Notes: generated by a model not told the origin, from the sequence alone. Positions 30,435-39,981 are shown, counted from the stretch's first letter. The stretch is DNA of 64,000 nt from an uncultured Verrucomicrobiae bacterium (GCA_963764165.1 CAVXRD010000002.1:1664001-1728000); one strand, 5' to 3'. Translations and numbers: made by a program.

Positions 30435-30724
30435 GCGACGCGGCCCGGCCAAATTCGGAATCTGGAAAATCCGCCGGTGCAAGACCGCGCAAACGGATGT
30501 CGCCGCAGATGGCCGTGGCGTTGTTTGTGTTGATTGCGGCCGTCTATGCCGCGCATCAGGATTTTTGGAATTGGAAAAAGCCTGAGCCTATGGTGTTCGG
30601 ATTCCTGCCCATCGGATTGGCTTACCACGCGGGTTATTCAATTGTCTGCTCCGTTCTGATGTTTATTCTGGTGCAAACGGCGTGGCCGCGCCATCTGGAG
30701 GAAACGGAGCCGTCCTCCAAATGA
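30431..30724 (+). CDS. DUF3311-like small two-TM partner of the SSS transporter
   Basis: HQDFWNW...FGFLPIGLAY between two TM helices; ATGA overlaps on both sides. Confidence 0.75.
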   Translation: MSDAARPNSESGKSAGARPRKRMSPQMAVALFVLIAAVYAAHQDFWNWKKPEPMVFGFLPIGLAYHAGYSIVCSVLMFILVQTAWPRHLEETEPSSK

Positions 30725-32475
30725 TTCCCGTTATTGTCATACTGGTCTATCTGGCGGTGATCGCGATCATTGGCGGCGCCGCCTTCAAGAAGAGCAAGGA
30801 AAACACCGAAGACTTCTTCCTCGCCAGCCGTTCGATTGGCTCGTTGGTTTTCTTCCTCTCGCTCTTCGCGACGAACATGACGGCCTTCGCCATTCTCGGG
30901 AGTTCCGGGCAGGCGTATCGGCAGGGGATTGGCATTTACGGGTTGATGGCGTCCTCGTCGTGCTTCGTGATTCCCATGACGATATTTTTCATCGGCACTC
31001 GCTTGTGGGCGCTCGGAAAAAAATTCGGGCATCAGACGCAAGTCTCCTATTTTCGCGACCGTTGGGAATGCAATCACATCGGCACCGTGATTTTTGCGCT
31101 GAGCGCGGCGATGCTCGTGCCTTACATGATCATCAGCATCATGGGCGGCGGCACCGTGCTGGCTGAAATATCCCGCGATTCGGTCACTCATGCGCCGATC
31201 ATTCCCTATAATTGGGGCTGCGCCGTGGTCGCCGTCGTGGTGACGCTGAACGTATTTCTTGGGGGCATGCGCGGGACCGTATGGGTGAATATTTTGCAGA
31301 CGTCGATGTTCCTCCTTTTCGGCGCGGTCGCGGTGGCGTGGATCAGCCATTCGATGCCCGAAAGTTTTAGTGCTTCGATGGCAAAACTCGCCGCTGATCC
31401 GAAAACAAAATTTCTGGTGACGCGCGATAGAATTCCGATGGAGACGTTCTGGAGTTACACGTTGATTCCGCTCTCCTCAATCATGTTTCCGCACATGGCT
31501 ATCATGTGTTTTTCGGCGCGCCGCGTAACCGCGTTCAAGCAGACAGTCGTTGCCTACCCGATTGCGATTCTTGCGATCTGGCTGCCGTGCGTGTTCCTGG
31601 GCGTTTTGGGAATGGCCGCCCTCGGAAAAATCCCGGACCCGGACGGCGTGCTGTTGCAGATGCTGCAAAAATTCGCTCCCGCCTGGCTCGCCGGCCTTCT
31701 CGGCGCGGGCGTCATTTCGGCGGTGATGGGATCGGATGCGCATCAAGTGCTGGCGCTGAGCACGATGTTCACCAAGGATATTTTTACGCATTACGGCGGC
31801 GGCGAAAAATTCGGCGAAAAGCGGGCAGTCCATTTTGCGCGCGGATTCATTATTATTGTCACCGTATTTGCCTATGCGGTCGCGCTGGCGCTGAAGGAGA
31901 AGCAGGGCATTTTTGAAGTTGCGATCCGCTACGCTTTCTCCGGTTTTGCGGCGATGGCCCCGGTGATGGTGGCGGCGTTGTTCTGGAAGCGCAGCACCAA
32001 ATGGGGCGCGCTCGCGGCCACTGTTTTTGTCGCGTTCAGTTTGATCGGCACAGGATTTCTCCAAGGTTCACCTGCGGCTCCTCCTGCAGCGGCCGCTGCT
32101 CCTTCGGGTGGCAAGCCTTTGCCGACGAATGCATTGGCCAAAGCATCAAGCCCGACCAACGCCGCTCCAAAAGTCGCAGGCACGAACTCTCCCGTCGGCA
32201 AACCCGCCGTGGCTGGCGCGCCGACCGCTCCAGTGAAGCCGAAAGAGGACATCATTTGGAAAATTGGCGATGGCAAAGGCGCAATTACCGTCCTCTCCCG
32301 CGCGCCGATTGGTGACGTCCGTTTTCTCGGTGGCTACATGACCGTCGTCCCAATGGTGATCGGCTCCATTCTCTGCGTCATCATTTTCTCGCTCTTGAGC
32401 AAGCCGCCGAGCCAGGCGACCATCGCAAAATATTTCGACGAAAATCCAACGCCAACCGCAACCGCCAAATTGTAA
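30721..32475 (+). CDS. Sodium:solute symporter (SSS) family transporter
   Basis: EDFFLASRSIG, SLFATNMTAF, GGMRG, SAVMGS, FWKRSTKWGA; about 13 TM helices. Confidence 0.9.
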   Translation: MIPVIVILVYLAVIAIIGGAAFKKSKENTEDFFLASRSIGSLVFFLSLFATNMTAFAILGSSGQAYRQGIGIYGLMASSSCFVIPMTIFFIGTRLWALGKKFGHQTQVSYFRDRWECNHIGTVIFALSAAMLVPYMIISIMGGGTVLAEISRDSVTHAPIIPYNWGCAVVAVVVTLNVFLGGMRGTVWVNILQTSMFLLFGAVAVAWISHSMPESFSASMAKLAADPKTKFLVTRDRIPMETFWSYTLIPLSSIMFPHMAIMCFSARRVTAFKQTVVAYPIAILAIWLPCVFLGVLGMAALGKIPDPDGVLLQMLQKFAPAWLAGLLGAGVISAVMGSDAHQVLALSTMFTKDIFTHYGGGEKFGEKRAVHFARGFIIIVTVFAYAVALALKEKQGIFEVAIRYAFSGFAAMAPVMVAALFWKRSTKWGALAATVFVAFSLIGTGFLQGSPAAPPAAAAAPSGGKPLPTNALAKASSPTNAAPKVAGTNSPVGKPAVAGAPTAPVKPKEDIIWKIGDGKGAITVLSRAPIGDVRFLGGYMTVVPMVIGSILCVIIFSLLSKPPSQATIAKYFDENPTPTATAKL

Positions 32476-32480
32476 TTGTA

Positions 32481-33560
32481 ATGTCAGAAATTGATTTATC
32501 CGCCGTGGCCGCCGCCCGGCAAAAGCTGGACGCGCATGTTCGCGAAATTGTGCAATGGCATTTTTCGCCGGAAACCGGTTCGCCATTCTGGCTCGACTGG
32601 GCCAAAAAAGCCGGCTGGAATCCCGCCACGGAAGTGAAGTGCTTCGGCTGCCTCGAAAAATTTCCGCATTTTCAGGACGAATGGCTGCGCGACATGCAGC
32701 CGGAAGTTTGGGTGCCGCAAAAATTCAAGGGGCGCCCCTTCAACATTTTTGAAACCGGCGGCACAACCGGAATGCCAAAGCAGCGAATCGGCTGGGATGA
32801 TTACAAAGTGGATTACGAGGAATTTTCCGGCAAACTTTCCGACGGGCATTTCCCCAAAGGCGGCGCGTGGCTGATGGTCGGCCCGACCGGTCCGCGGCGT
32901 TTGCGCCTCGCCATCGAGCACCTCGCCAATTTTCGCGGCAGCTCGTGCTATTTCATCGATCTCGACCCGCGCTGGGTCAAGCGGGTCATTTCCGCCAAGC
33001 AGCCTGAAGTGGCGCGGGATTACATGGATCACGTCGTTCACCAAGCCGTGACGATTTTGAAGAACCGCAAAATCAGCGCCCTCTTCACGACACCTAAATT
33101 GCTGGAAGCCCTCGGCGAGAAAATCGATTTGTGGGAGGCCGGCATTCGCGGCGTGTTCTGCGGCGGCACGACGATGGCCCCGCAATACGTGCGTTACATC
33201 GTGGAAGAAGTTTTGGAGGGGCGCATTGGTTTCTATCCCACTTACGGCAACACTTTGATGGGCCTTGCCGCCAGTGTCCCGTTGCGCCCTGAGGACCAGT
33301 TCTCGATCACCTATTTCGCGCCGCAACCCCGCGCCGTCCTGCGCGTGGTCAATTCAAACAAAACCACCGAACTCGTCGAGTACGGAAAATGGGGCCGTGT
33401 CGAATTGACGACATTGACGAAGGAATTTTTCATGCCCCGCTTTCTGGAGCGCGACGAAGCCATCCGCCGCGAACCGCGCGGCCCCTATGCCTGGGACGGC
33501 GTCGCCGAAGTCCGCCCCTTCGGAGCAATGGAAAAGAACATCGTCGAAGGCGTCTATTAA
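32481..33560 (+). CDS. EhpF/GriC-like carboxylate-adenylating enzyme (arylcarboxylate reductase component)
   Basis: WHFSPETGSPFW, ETGGTTGMPK, PTGP, IDLDPRWVKR, TTP, GGT, YGNT, ERD and C-terminal EGVY match recalled EhpF motifs. Confidence 0.8.
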   Translation: MSEIDLSAVAAARQKLDAHVREIVQWHFSPETGSPFWLDWAKKAGWNPATEVKCFGCLEKFPHFQDEWLRDMQPEVWVPQKFKGRPFNIFETGGTTGMPKQRIGWDDYKVDYEEFSGKLSDGHFPKGGAWLMVGPTGPRRLRLAIEHLANFRGSSCYFIDLDPRWVKRVISAKQPEVARDYMDHVVHQAVTILKNRKISALFTTPKLLEALGEKIDLWEAGIRGVFCGGTTMAPQYVRYIVEEVLEGRIGFYPTYGNTLMGLAASVPLRPEDQFSITYFAPQPRAVLRVVNSNKTTELVEYGKWGRVELTTLTKEFFMPRFLERDEAIRREPRGPYAWDGVAEVRPFGAMEKNIVEGVY

Positions 33561-33711
33561 ACGGATTTCGCCAGCTTCAATCGTAGCCTCTGCCGATCTG
33601 GGGCTCCGTCACGGAAATTGGTCAGTCTGGGCAAGACATCCATTCTTGATTAGCGCAGGTGGATTGCCGACAATGGTTACGCAATCAATGGCCTGACGGC
33701 CCAAGCGTGGA

Positions 33712-33918
33712 TTGAACGAGCTAATATTTCTTGTCGAAGATGCGCCAGACGGAGGTTTTACCGCTCGCGCTCTAGGTCAATCGATCTTTACGGAAGCAGA
33801 CTCGCTGGATGAGCTTCGCACCAATGTGCGTGACGCTGTCCAGTGTCATTTTAATGAAGGCAAAGCCCCAAAAGTGATCCGTTTGCATTTTGTCCGCGAG
33901 GAAGTGCTGGCGAATTGA
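33712..33918 (+). CDS. Small HicB-like protein (orphan antitoxin)
   Basis: IFLVEDAPDGGFTARALGQSIFTEADSLDELRTNVRDAVQCHF partial RNase H-like fold; TTG start. Confidence 0.7.
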   Translation: MNELIFLVEDAPDGGFTARALGQSIFTEADSLDELRTNVRDAVQCHFNEGKAPKVIRLHFVREEVLAN

Positions 33919-33964
33919 TCGGTCGGCCTTTTACAAATAAGAGAGTCCTTGATGCCGCAACAGC

Positions 33965-34168
33965 TTATCGCGAGCCGCTGCGTTCGACCTTTACTGCTTT
34001 CAAAGGCGCTTCACCGAGATTGCCAGAACACTCCGACCGACCGCGAATCGCGAGCTGCCGTTCCCGCAGGGCATCAAGCAGCTTCAGCTTTTCCGCCACG
34101 GGCAGCGCCGCAAGCTTTTGCCGCATGGCGCGCTTGCTTTCCAAAATCTTCCACATCTCAAAGCTCAT
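33965..34168 (-). CDS. Small basic helical hypothetical protein
   Basis: 67 aa, SKRAMRQKLAALPVAEKLKLL; ATGA overlap with the upstream nucleotidyltransferase. Confidence 0.55.
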   Translation of the reverse strand: MSFEMWKILESKRAMRQKLAALPVAEKLKLLDALRERQLAIRGRSECSGNLGEAPLKAVKVERSGSR

Positions 34169-34692
34169 CGGGAATCGCTCAGATACTGTCGCTCAAATTT
34201 GCTCCATGCGTCAAGGAGACCGTGCCGGCCCAGGATAGCTTGAAATCGGCACGCGTCAATTGTTCCAGTTTCGATAAACTGGAGGAGCCGAGCTTTGTCT
34301 TTGGCCCGCCCGGTTTGGAGCGCGATGGCGGCTAAATGCTCCGCTGTGAAGACCTGCGCCGGTGTCTCTTCTACGTCTTTGCGGAAGGATTCCCGCAATG
34401 CCTCCTCGACCAACGGATTTCCCGCCGGGAGAAACTGAACGGGCCATCCGCCTATCATCACATACTCGCCCTCCATCGCGCACCCCCTCGCCTTGAGGTA
34501 ATCAAAAATCGGCTGCGGGTTGACGATCAAACTTCCTTGTTCGGGCCTGAATGCGACAAAAATATCCACATCCAGAGTGGCGATGGGTTCCAGATAAAAT
34601 GTCGCTCCAACCGCTCCGCCGATCGCATAACGATCAAAGACTCCGTCGGCTTGCATTTGGTTAATTGTCTGGATGGCTTCTTTGACGCTCAT
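34165..34692 (-). CDS. Pol-beta superfamily nucleotidyltransferase (AbiEii-like motifs)
   Basis: YAIGGAVGA...TLDVDIFV (GG + DxD) and C-terminal GRAKD. Confidence 0.7.
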   Translation of the reverse strand: MSVKEAIQTINQMQADGVFDRYAIGGAVGATFYLEPIATLDVDIFVAFRPEQGSLIVNPQPIFDYLKARGCAMEGEYVMIGGWPVQFLPAGNPLVEEALRESFRKDVEETPAQVFTAEHLAAIALQTGRAKDKARLLQFIETGTIDACRFQAILGRHGLLDAWSKFERQYLSDSR

Positions 34693-34837
34693 TTTCGCCT
34701 TGTGCGAATCTAAGCGAAATTTCTTCACCTGACCACAAACTTTGACCCACTTTTCCTGAGTTCGGGCGGTCCAGATTCAATTTTTCCTGGAAAATTGAAC
34801 ATTGAAGTTTCCGCAAGTCAGAGTACTTAGAGTTACG

Positions 34838-35896
34838 ATGCGTTTTATTGGTCGGATCATCGAAAAGCTCCAGCGGCATCCCAAACGGGTGGTTTTCCCG
34901 GAGGGGACCGAGCCGCGCGTGCTGCAGGCGGCGCGGCAGTTTTATTCGCTGCGCCTGGGCGCGCCCATTTTGCTGGGCGACAGGACGAAAGTGAAACAGG
35001 CGGCGGCCGAATTGAATGTTTCGCTGGAGGGTGTCCGCATCATCAATCCCGCCGAGAGCGAGGATTTGCCTGCTTTCGTCAAGCGCTACGAATTGCTGCG
35101 CCGTTTCAAGGGAATCGAGGAAAAGGAAGCTCACGAGACGATGCTCAACCCGAATTATTACGGCGCGATGATGCTGGCCATGCATCAAGTCGACGGCTTT
35201 ATTTCCGGCGCGAATCAAAGCTCCGGCAGCGTGCTGCGCCCGCTCTTCCAAATCGTCAAGGTCGCCCCGGCGGCGGCGACGGCTTCCAGTTGCATGGTGA
35301 TGGAAGTGGAGGATACGAGATTTGGGCAGGAAGGCGTTTTGTTCATGGGGGATTGCGGCGTCATTCCCGAGCCGACCGTTCAGCAATTGGCGGAAATCGC
35401 GGTGTCGACGGCACAATTGAGCCATCAGCTTCTCGGCATTCGTCCGCGGGTGGCGCTGCTTTCGTATTCGACAAAAGGGAGCGCGACGCATCCGTCCATC
35501 GGCAAGGTTCAAGCGGCCACTGCCTTAGCGCAAAAGATTGCGCACGATACCGGATTTGAGGCGGATTTCGACGGCGAACTGCAAGTGGACGCGGCGCTCG
35601 TCCCGGAAATTGCCGCCCGCAAATTGCCGGACAGCCATGTCGCCGGGCGCGCGAATGTTTTGATTTTTCCCGACCTCAATTCCGGCAATATCGCCAGCAA
35701 GTTGATCCAGCACGTCGCCAAGGCGCACGCTTACGGCCAAATCCTGCTTGGCTTGGATCGCCCGGCGGCGGACGTCTCGCGCGGCGCCAATGCGCATGAT
35801 GTCCTCGGCGTGGCCGCGATTGTCGGCCTCCAATCCATCGCCTACAAAGATTTGTATCCGCCGGATCTGGATCAAATTCACCTCCAATTAAAATAA
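34838..35896 (+). CDS. pta: Phosphate acetyltransferase, catalytic domain only
   Basis: VVFPEG, DCGVIPEP, VALLSYSTKGS, DGELQVDAAL, FPDLNSGNI, DVSRG..D. Confidence 0.88.
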   Translation: MRFIGRIIEKLQRHPKRVVFPEGTEPRVLQAARQFYSLRLGAPILLGDRTKVKQAAAELNVSLEGVRIINPAESEDLPAFVKRYELLRRFKGIEEKEAHETMLNPNYYGAMMLAMHQVDGFISGANQSSGSVLRPLFQIVKVAPAAATASSCMVMEVEDTRFGQEGVLFMGDCGVIPEPTVQQLAEIAVSTAQLSHQLLGIRPRVALLSYSTKGSATHPSIGKVQAATALAQKIAHDTGFEADFDGELQVDAALVPEIAARKLPDSHVAGRANVLIFPDLNSGNIASKLIQHVAKAHAYGQILLGLDRPAADVSRGANAHDVLGVAAIVGLQSIAYKDLYPPDLDQIHLQLK

Positions 35897-35914
35897 GCCC
35901 GGCCCGCAGGCTTA

Positions 35915-37012
35915 ATGAGCACCATGAACACAGTCACGCCGCGCATCTTCATCGCCGCCACCCGGCAGAATGAAGGCAAAACAACCACGTCCCTCGGCTT
36001 GCTCTCCGCCCTGCAGCAATTTTATCCGCGCATCGGCTACATCAAGCCGGTCGGCCAGCGGTTCGTCGAAATCGAGGAGCAGAAAATTGACGAGGACACG
36101 GTGTTGATGGACCAGGTTTACCGGCTGAACTGCCCGCTGCCTGACATGAGCCCGATTGCGGTCGAGCCGGATTTCACGCGGAAATATCTGCAATCCTCCA
36201 ACAACGAAGCGCTCGTCAAGAAGATTATCAAGGCCTTTGACCGCGTGGCGTGGGAAAAGGATTTCGTGCTGTGCGAAGGATCGGGCCACGCGGGTGTTGG
36301 TTCCGTGTTCGATCTTTCCAACGCGCAGGTGGCGAAAATCCTCGATGCGAAAGTCATCATCATCAGCCAGGGCGGCATCGGCAAGCCGATTGACGAAGTG
36401 TATTTGAACCAGGCCGTGTTCGAGCGCGAAGGCGTCGAGGTCATCGGTGTCATCCTCAACAAAGTCACGCCGGACAAAATCGATTACATCAGCGAGTTTG
36501 CCCGGCGCGGACTTCGGCGGAAAGGATTGGAATTGCTCGGCGTGCTGCCGCATCACCACATTTTGTCGCGTCCGACGCTGGCGGCGATCCAGGTCGAATT
36601 GAACGCGCAGCCGCTCAACCGATCCCCGCATGTCAACAACATGGTTGCCAGCGTGGTCGTCGGCGCCATGAGCGCGCCGAACGCGGAAAGCCATTTCAAG
36701 CGCGGATCGCTGATCATCACGCCGGGGGACCGCGAAGACATTATCACGACAGCCCTGACCGAGCCGGTGCGGCAATTGGCGGGCATGGTGCTGACGGACA
36801 AAATCAAGCCAGCCAACGGCGTTCTGCGCATGATTGAAAACGCGCCCTTCCCGGTCCTGCTCGCCGACGAGGACAGCTACGAAGTTGCCTCCAGCGTCCA
36901 CAATCTCACTGTGAAAACGCGCGCGGCGGACACGGAAAAGATCACCCTCATCCGCGACCTCATCGCCGAAAACGTCGATGTCGCCAAAATTCTGCGCTCC
37001 CTCAAATTGTGA
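35915..37012 (+). CDS. Stand-alone BioD-like AAA/DRTGG protein (equivalent to the long-Pta N-terminal region)
   Basis: NEGKTT P-loop, GYIKPVG, CEGSG, GVILNK, VVGAM, ITPGDRED. Confidence 0.85.
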   Translation: MSTMNTVTPRIFIAATRQNEGKTTTSLGLLSALQQFYPRIGYIKPVGQRFVEIEEQKIDEDTVLMDQVYRLNCPLPDMSPIAVEPDFTRKYLQSSNNEALVKKIIKAFDRVAWEKDFVLCEGSGHAGVGSVFDLSNAQVAKILDAKVIIISQGGIGKPIDEVYLNQAVFEREGVEVIGVILNKVTPDKIDYISEFARRGLRRKGLELLGVLPHHHILSRPTLAAIQVELNAQPLNRSPHVNNMVASVVVGAMSAPNAESHFKRGSLIITPGDREDIITTALTEPVRQLAGMVLTDKIKPANGVLRMIENAPFPVLLADEDSYEVASSVHNLTVKTRAADTEKITLIRDLIAENVDVAKILRSLKL

Positions 37013-38130
37013 AACTCCCGTTTTCCTTGAATCCGGCGCTGGAGCGGTTGCCGGTCTATCAGCCCGGCCGCCCCGTCGAGGAAGTGGCCCGCGAACTTGG
37101 CTTGCCCGTGCGAGGCGTCATTAAATTGGCGTCGAATGAAAATCCGCTCGGCCCGTCTCCCAAAGCCCTGGCGGCGATGCGCAAGGCTTTGCCCAATCTC
37201 CACATGTATCCGGACGGCAGCGCGTTCTATTTGAAGCAAAAGCTGGCCGCGAAACTGGGCGTGACCCCGGCACACCTGGTGCTCGGCAACGGCTCCAACG
37301 ACATCATTGAATTTTTGGGCCACGCGCTGCTCGGGCACGGCGATGAAATGGTTGTGTCGCAGTATTGCTTTGCGATTTATCCCATCGTGGCCAAATTGCT
37401 CGGCGCGCAAGTTGTCACCGTGCCGGCAAAGAATTACGGCCACGATTTGCCCGCCATGTTGAAAGCGGTGACGGCGCGGACGAAACTCATGTTCGTCGCC
37501 AACCCCAATAATCCGACCGGCACGATCGCCCCGGCGGAGGACGTGCGCAAATTGGTGAACGAATTGCCGGGGAACGTCGTGCTGGCAATGGATGAGGCTT
37601 ACATCGAATTTCTCGACAAGCCGGTCGATTTGCTCGCGGAGATCAAGTCGGGGCGGAAACCCAATATTATATTGCTGCGCACGTTTTCCAAGATTTATGG
37701 CCTGGCCGGATTGCGTCTCGGCTACGGCATTGCGCATCCGGAATTCATTGCGGCGCTGGAAAAAATCCGGCAGCCGTTCAATGTCAATTCGCTCGCCCAG
37801 GCCGCCGCGATGGCCGCGATGGATGACACAACGCATGTCCGAAAGACGCAGCAGAACAACATCAAGGGCCGGAAATTTCTGGAAAAGGAATTGTCCGCCA
37901 TGGGCATTGAAGTTGTTCCGACTGCGGCAAATTTTATTCTGGCAAAAGTCGGCGCGGGCCGCGAAGTCTTTGAGCAGCTTCAGCGGGCAGGGATCATTAC
38001 GCGCCCGATGGGCGGCTATCAATTGCCGGAATTCATCCGCATCTCAATAGGCGCGCCGGCGGAAAATCAGCGCTGTGTGAAAGCGTTGAAAAAAATCCTG
38101 CCGCGGAATAAACATCTTAAGAAATTGTGA
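37009..38130 (+). CDS. hisC: Histidinol-phosphate aminotransferase
   Basis: KLASNENPLG, GNGSND, ANPNNPTG, DEAY, RTFSKIYGLAGLRLG. Confidence 0.92.
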   Translation: MKLPFSLNPALERLPVYQPGRPVEEVARELGLPVRGVIKLASNENPLGPSPKALAAMRKALPNLHMYPDGSAFYLKQKLAAKLGVTPAHLVLGNGSNDIIEFLGHALLGHGDEMVVSQYCFAIYPIVAKLLGAQVVTVPAKNYGHDLPAMLKAVTARTKLMFVANPNNPTGTIAPAEDVRKLVNELPGNVVLAMDEAYIEFLDKPVDLLAEIKSGRKPNIILLRTFSKIYGLAGLRLGYGIAHPEFIAALEKIRQPFNVNSLAQAAAMAAMDDTTHVRKTQQNNIKGRKFLEKELSAMGIEVVPTAANFILAKVGAGREVFEQLQRAGIITRPMGGYQLPEFIRISIGAPAENQRCVKALKKILPRNKHLKKL

Positions 38131-39410
38131 AACCTACGGATCTGCGAGGCATTCTGCAGTACATCCCGCGCTTCAGGGAAAAGATTTTTGTCATCAGCGT
38201 GGATGGAGCGATCGTGACCAGCGAGAATTTTGCCAACATTCTTCTCGACGTCGCGGTGCTGCGCTCGCTGAGCATCAAGGTGCTGCTTGTTCACGGCGCG
38301 GCCGCGCAGATCGAGATTCTGGCCCGCGAGCAAAACGTCGTTCCCTCGAACCTCGACGGCAGCGGCATCACCGATGAGGCCACCTTGAAATTAGCGTTGA
38401 CAGCAGCAAACCGCCTGACCCACGAAATTCTGGAGGGGCTGAGCGCCAACGATCTTCGCGCGGCGTCGTGCAACGCGATCATCGCGCACCCGATGGGAAT
38501 CATCCACGGGCAGGACCAATTGTTCACCGGGAAAGTCGAGCGCATCGACGCGGAAATGCTGCAGAGCCTTCTCGCGCAGGGCATTGTGCCGGTGGTGCCG
38601 CCGCTTGGGTTTGACGGCGATGGAAAAACCTACCGCGTGAATTCGGATTCCGTGGCGGTGGAATTGGCCAAGGCGCTCAGCGCCAACAAGCTCATTTACA
38701 TCACGACGATCGACGGCATTGTTTATCAGGGGAACTTGATCCAGCAGATGCTGGTGGCGGACCTGGCCAATTTGCTCTCGCACCACAAGGCCAATTTTTC
38801 GCCGGACGGCTTGTCCAAGGCGCATTTCTCGACGGTCGCCTGCCAGGCGGGCGTCCCCCGGGTTCATATCATCAACGGCCGCGTGGACGAGGCGCTGCTG
38901 GCCGAGGTGTTTTCCAACGAGGGCGTCGGAACGCTCGTTTACGCCAACGAATACCAGCAGATCCGCCGCGCGCTCAAGAAGGACATCCGCGCCATCATGT
39001 TGTTGACAAAAAATTCCGTCGCCAACGAAGAGCTTGTCAAGCGAACACGCGCCACCATCGAAAAATCAATTGGCGATTTTTACATTTTCGAGACGGACAA
39101 AAACCCCGTTGCGTGCGTGGCGCTGCATCAATTGGACACCGCCAAGGCCGAACTGGCGTGCCTCTACGTGAGCCCGTCGCACGAGAACCAGGGGATCGGC
39201 CGCAAGCTCGTGGCGTTCGCGGAATCGAAGGCGCGCGAGCTGGGCATGACGGAATTGATCACGCTCTCGACCCAGGCCTTCACGTATTTTCAATCGAAGG
39301 CGGGATTCGTCGAAGGCGCGCCGGAGGATTTGCCGCCGGCCCGCCGCGAGAAATATGAGCAGAGCGCCCGAAATTCCAAAATCCTGGTCAAGAAACTCGC
39401 GCCGAAATGA
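38127..39410 (+). CDS. argA: Amino-acid N-acetyltransferase (AAK + GNAT N-acetylglutamate synthase)
   Basis: YIPRFREKIFV, LVHG, TGKVERID, EVFSNEGVGT, AELACLYV, RNSKI. Confidence 0.88.
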   Translation: MKPTDLRGILQYIPRFREKIFVISVDGAIVTSENFANILLDVAVLRSLSIKVLLVHGAAAQIEILAREQNVVPSNLDGSGITDEATLKLALTAANRLTHEILEGLSANDLRAASCNAIIAHPMGIIHGQDQLFTGKVERIDAEMLQSLLAQGIVPVVPPLGFDGDGKTYRVNSDSVAVELAKALSANKLIYITTIDGIVYQGNLIQQMLVADLANLLSHHKANFSPDGLSKAHFSTVACQAGVPRVHIINGRVDEALLAEVFSNEGVGTLVYANEYQQIRRALKKDIRAIMLLTKNSVANEELVKRTRATIEKSIGDFYIFETDKNPVACVALHQLDTAKAELACLYVSPSHENQGIGRKLVAFAESKARELGMTELITLSTQAFTYFQSKAGFVEGAPEDLPPARREKYEQSARNSKILVKKLAPK

Positions 39411-39949
39411 TCGGTGTTCCCAAAGTGCTCGCGAGCGCCATTCGGGCGTGCTCGCGGCTCGGCCACCGGCCCACGCGCTACATGCTTTCCGTCACCATCT
39501 CGCGGCAGACGACGGCGCTTTTTGAGCGCGGGGCTGGCGGTTACGCGCTGAGAAAAACCTACCGCTGTTCGACGTCGAAATTCGGCATCGGCGAACAAGC
39601 AGGGTCGAACATGACGCCGCGCGGATTGCATCGCGTCGCGCGAAAAATCGGCGGCGGATGGCCCGTGGGAACGGTGTTCAAAGCGCGGCAAGTTGTCGGA
39701 TTCACCTGGCAGGGTTTGCCCGCGGCGTCGATCACGAACCGCATCATGTGGCTGGAAGGATTGGAGCCCGGCTTCAATCGCGGCGGCTCGGTGGATACTT
39801 TTCAGCGTTATGTATACATCCACGGGACGGGAAATGAAACCACGCTGGGCCGGCCCGACTCCCACGGCTGCGTTCATTTGTCCGGCTCGGATTTGCTCCC
39901 GCTCTACGACAAGCTGCCCGAAGGCACGCTCGTTTGGATCGCCGTTTGA
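39407..39949 (+). CDS. L,D-transpeptidase (YkuD) family protein
   Basis: STSKFG, TPRG, IYIHGT...LGRPDSHGC. Confidence 0.85.
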   Translation: MIGVPKVLASAIRACSRLGHRPTRYMLSVTISRQTTALFERGAGGYALRKTYRCSTSKFGIGEQAGSNMTPRGLHRVARKIGGGWPVGTVFKARQVVGFTWQGLPAASITNRIMWLEGLEPGFNRGGSVDTFQRYVYIHGTGNETTLGRPDSHGCVHLSGSDLLPLYDKLPEGTLVWIAV

Positions 39950-39981
39950 CAACCCGCCATAAAGGGCTTTAGTTGGACATT

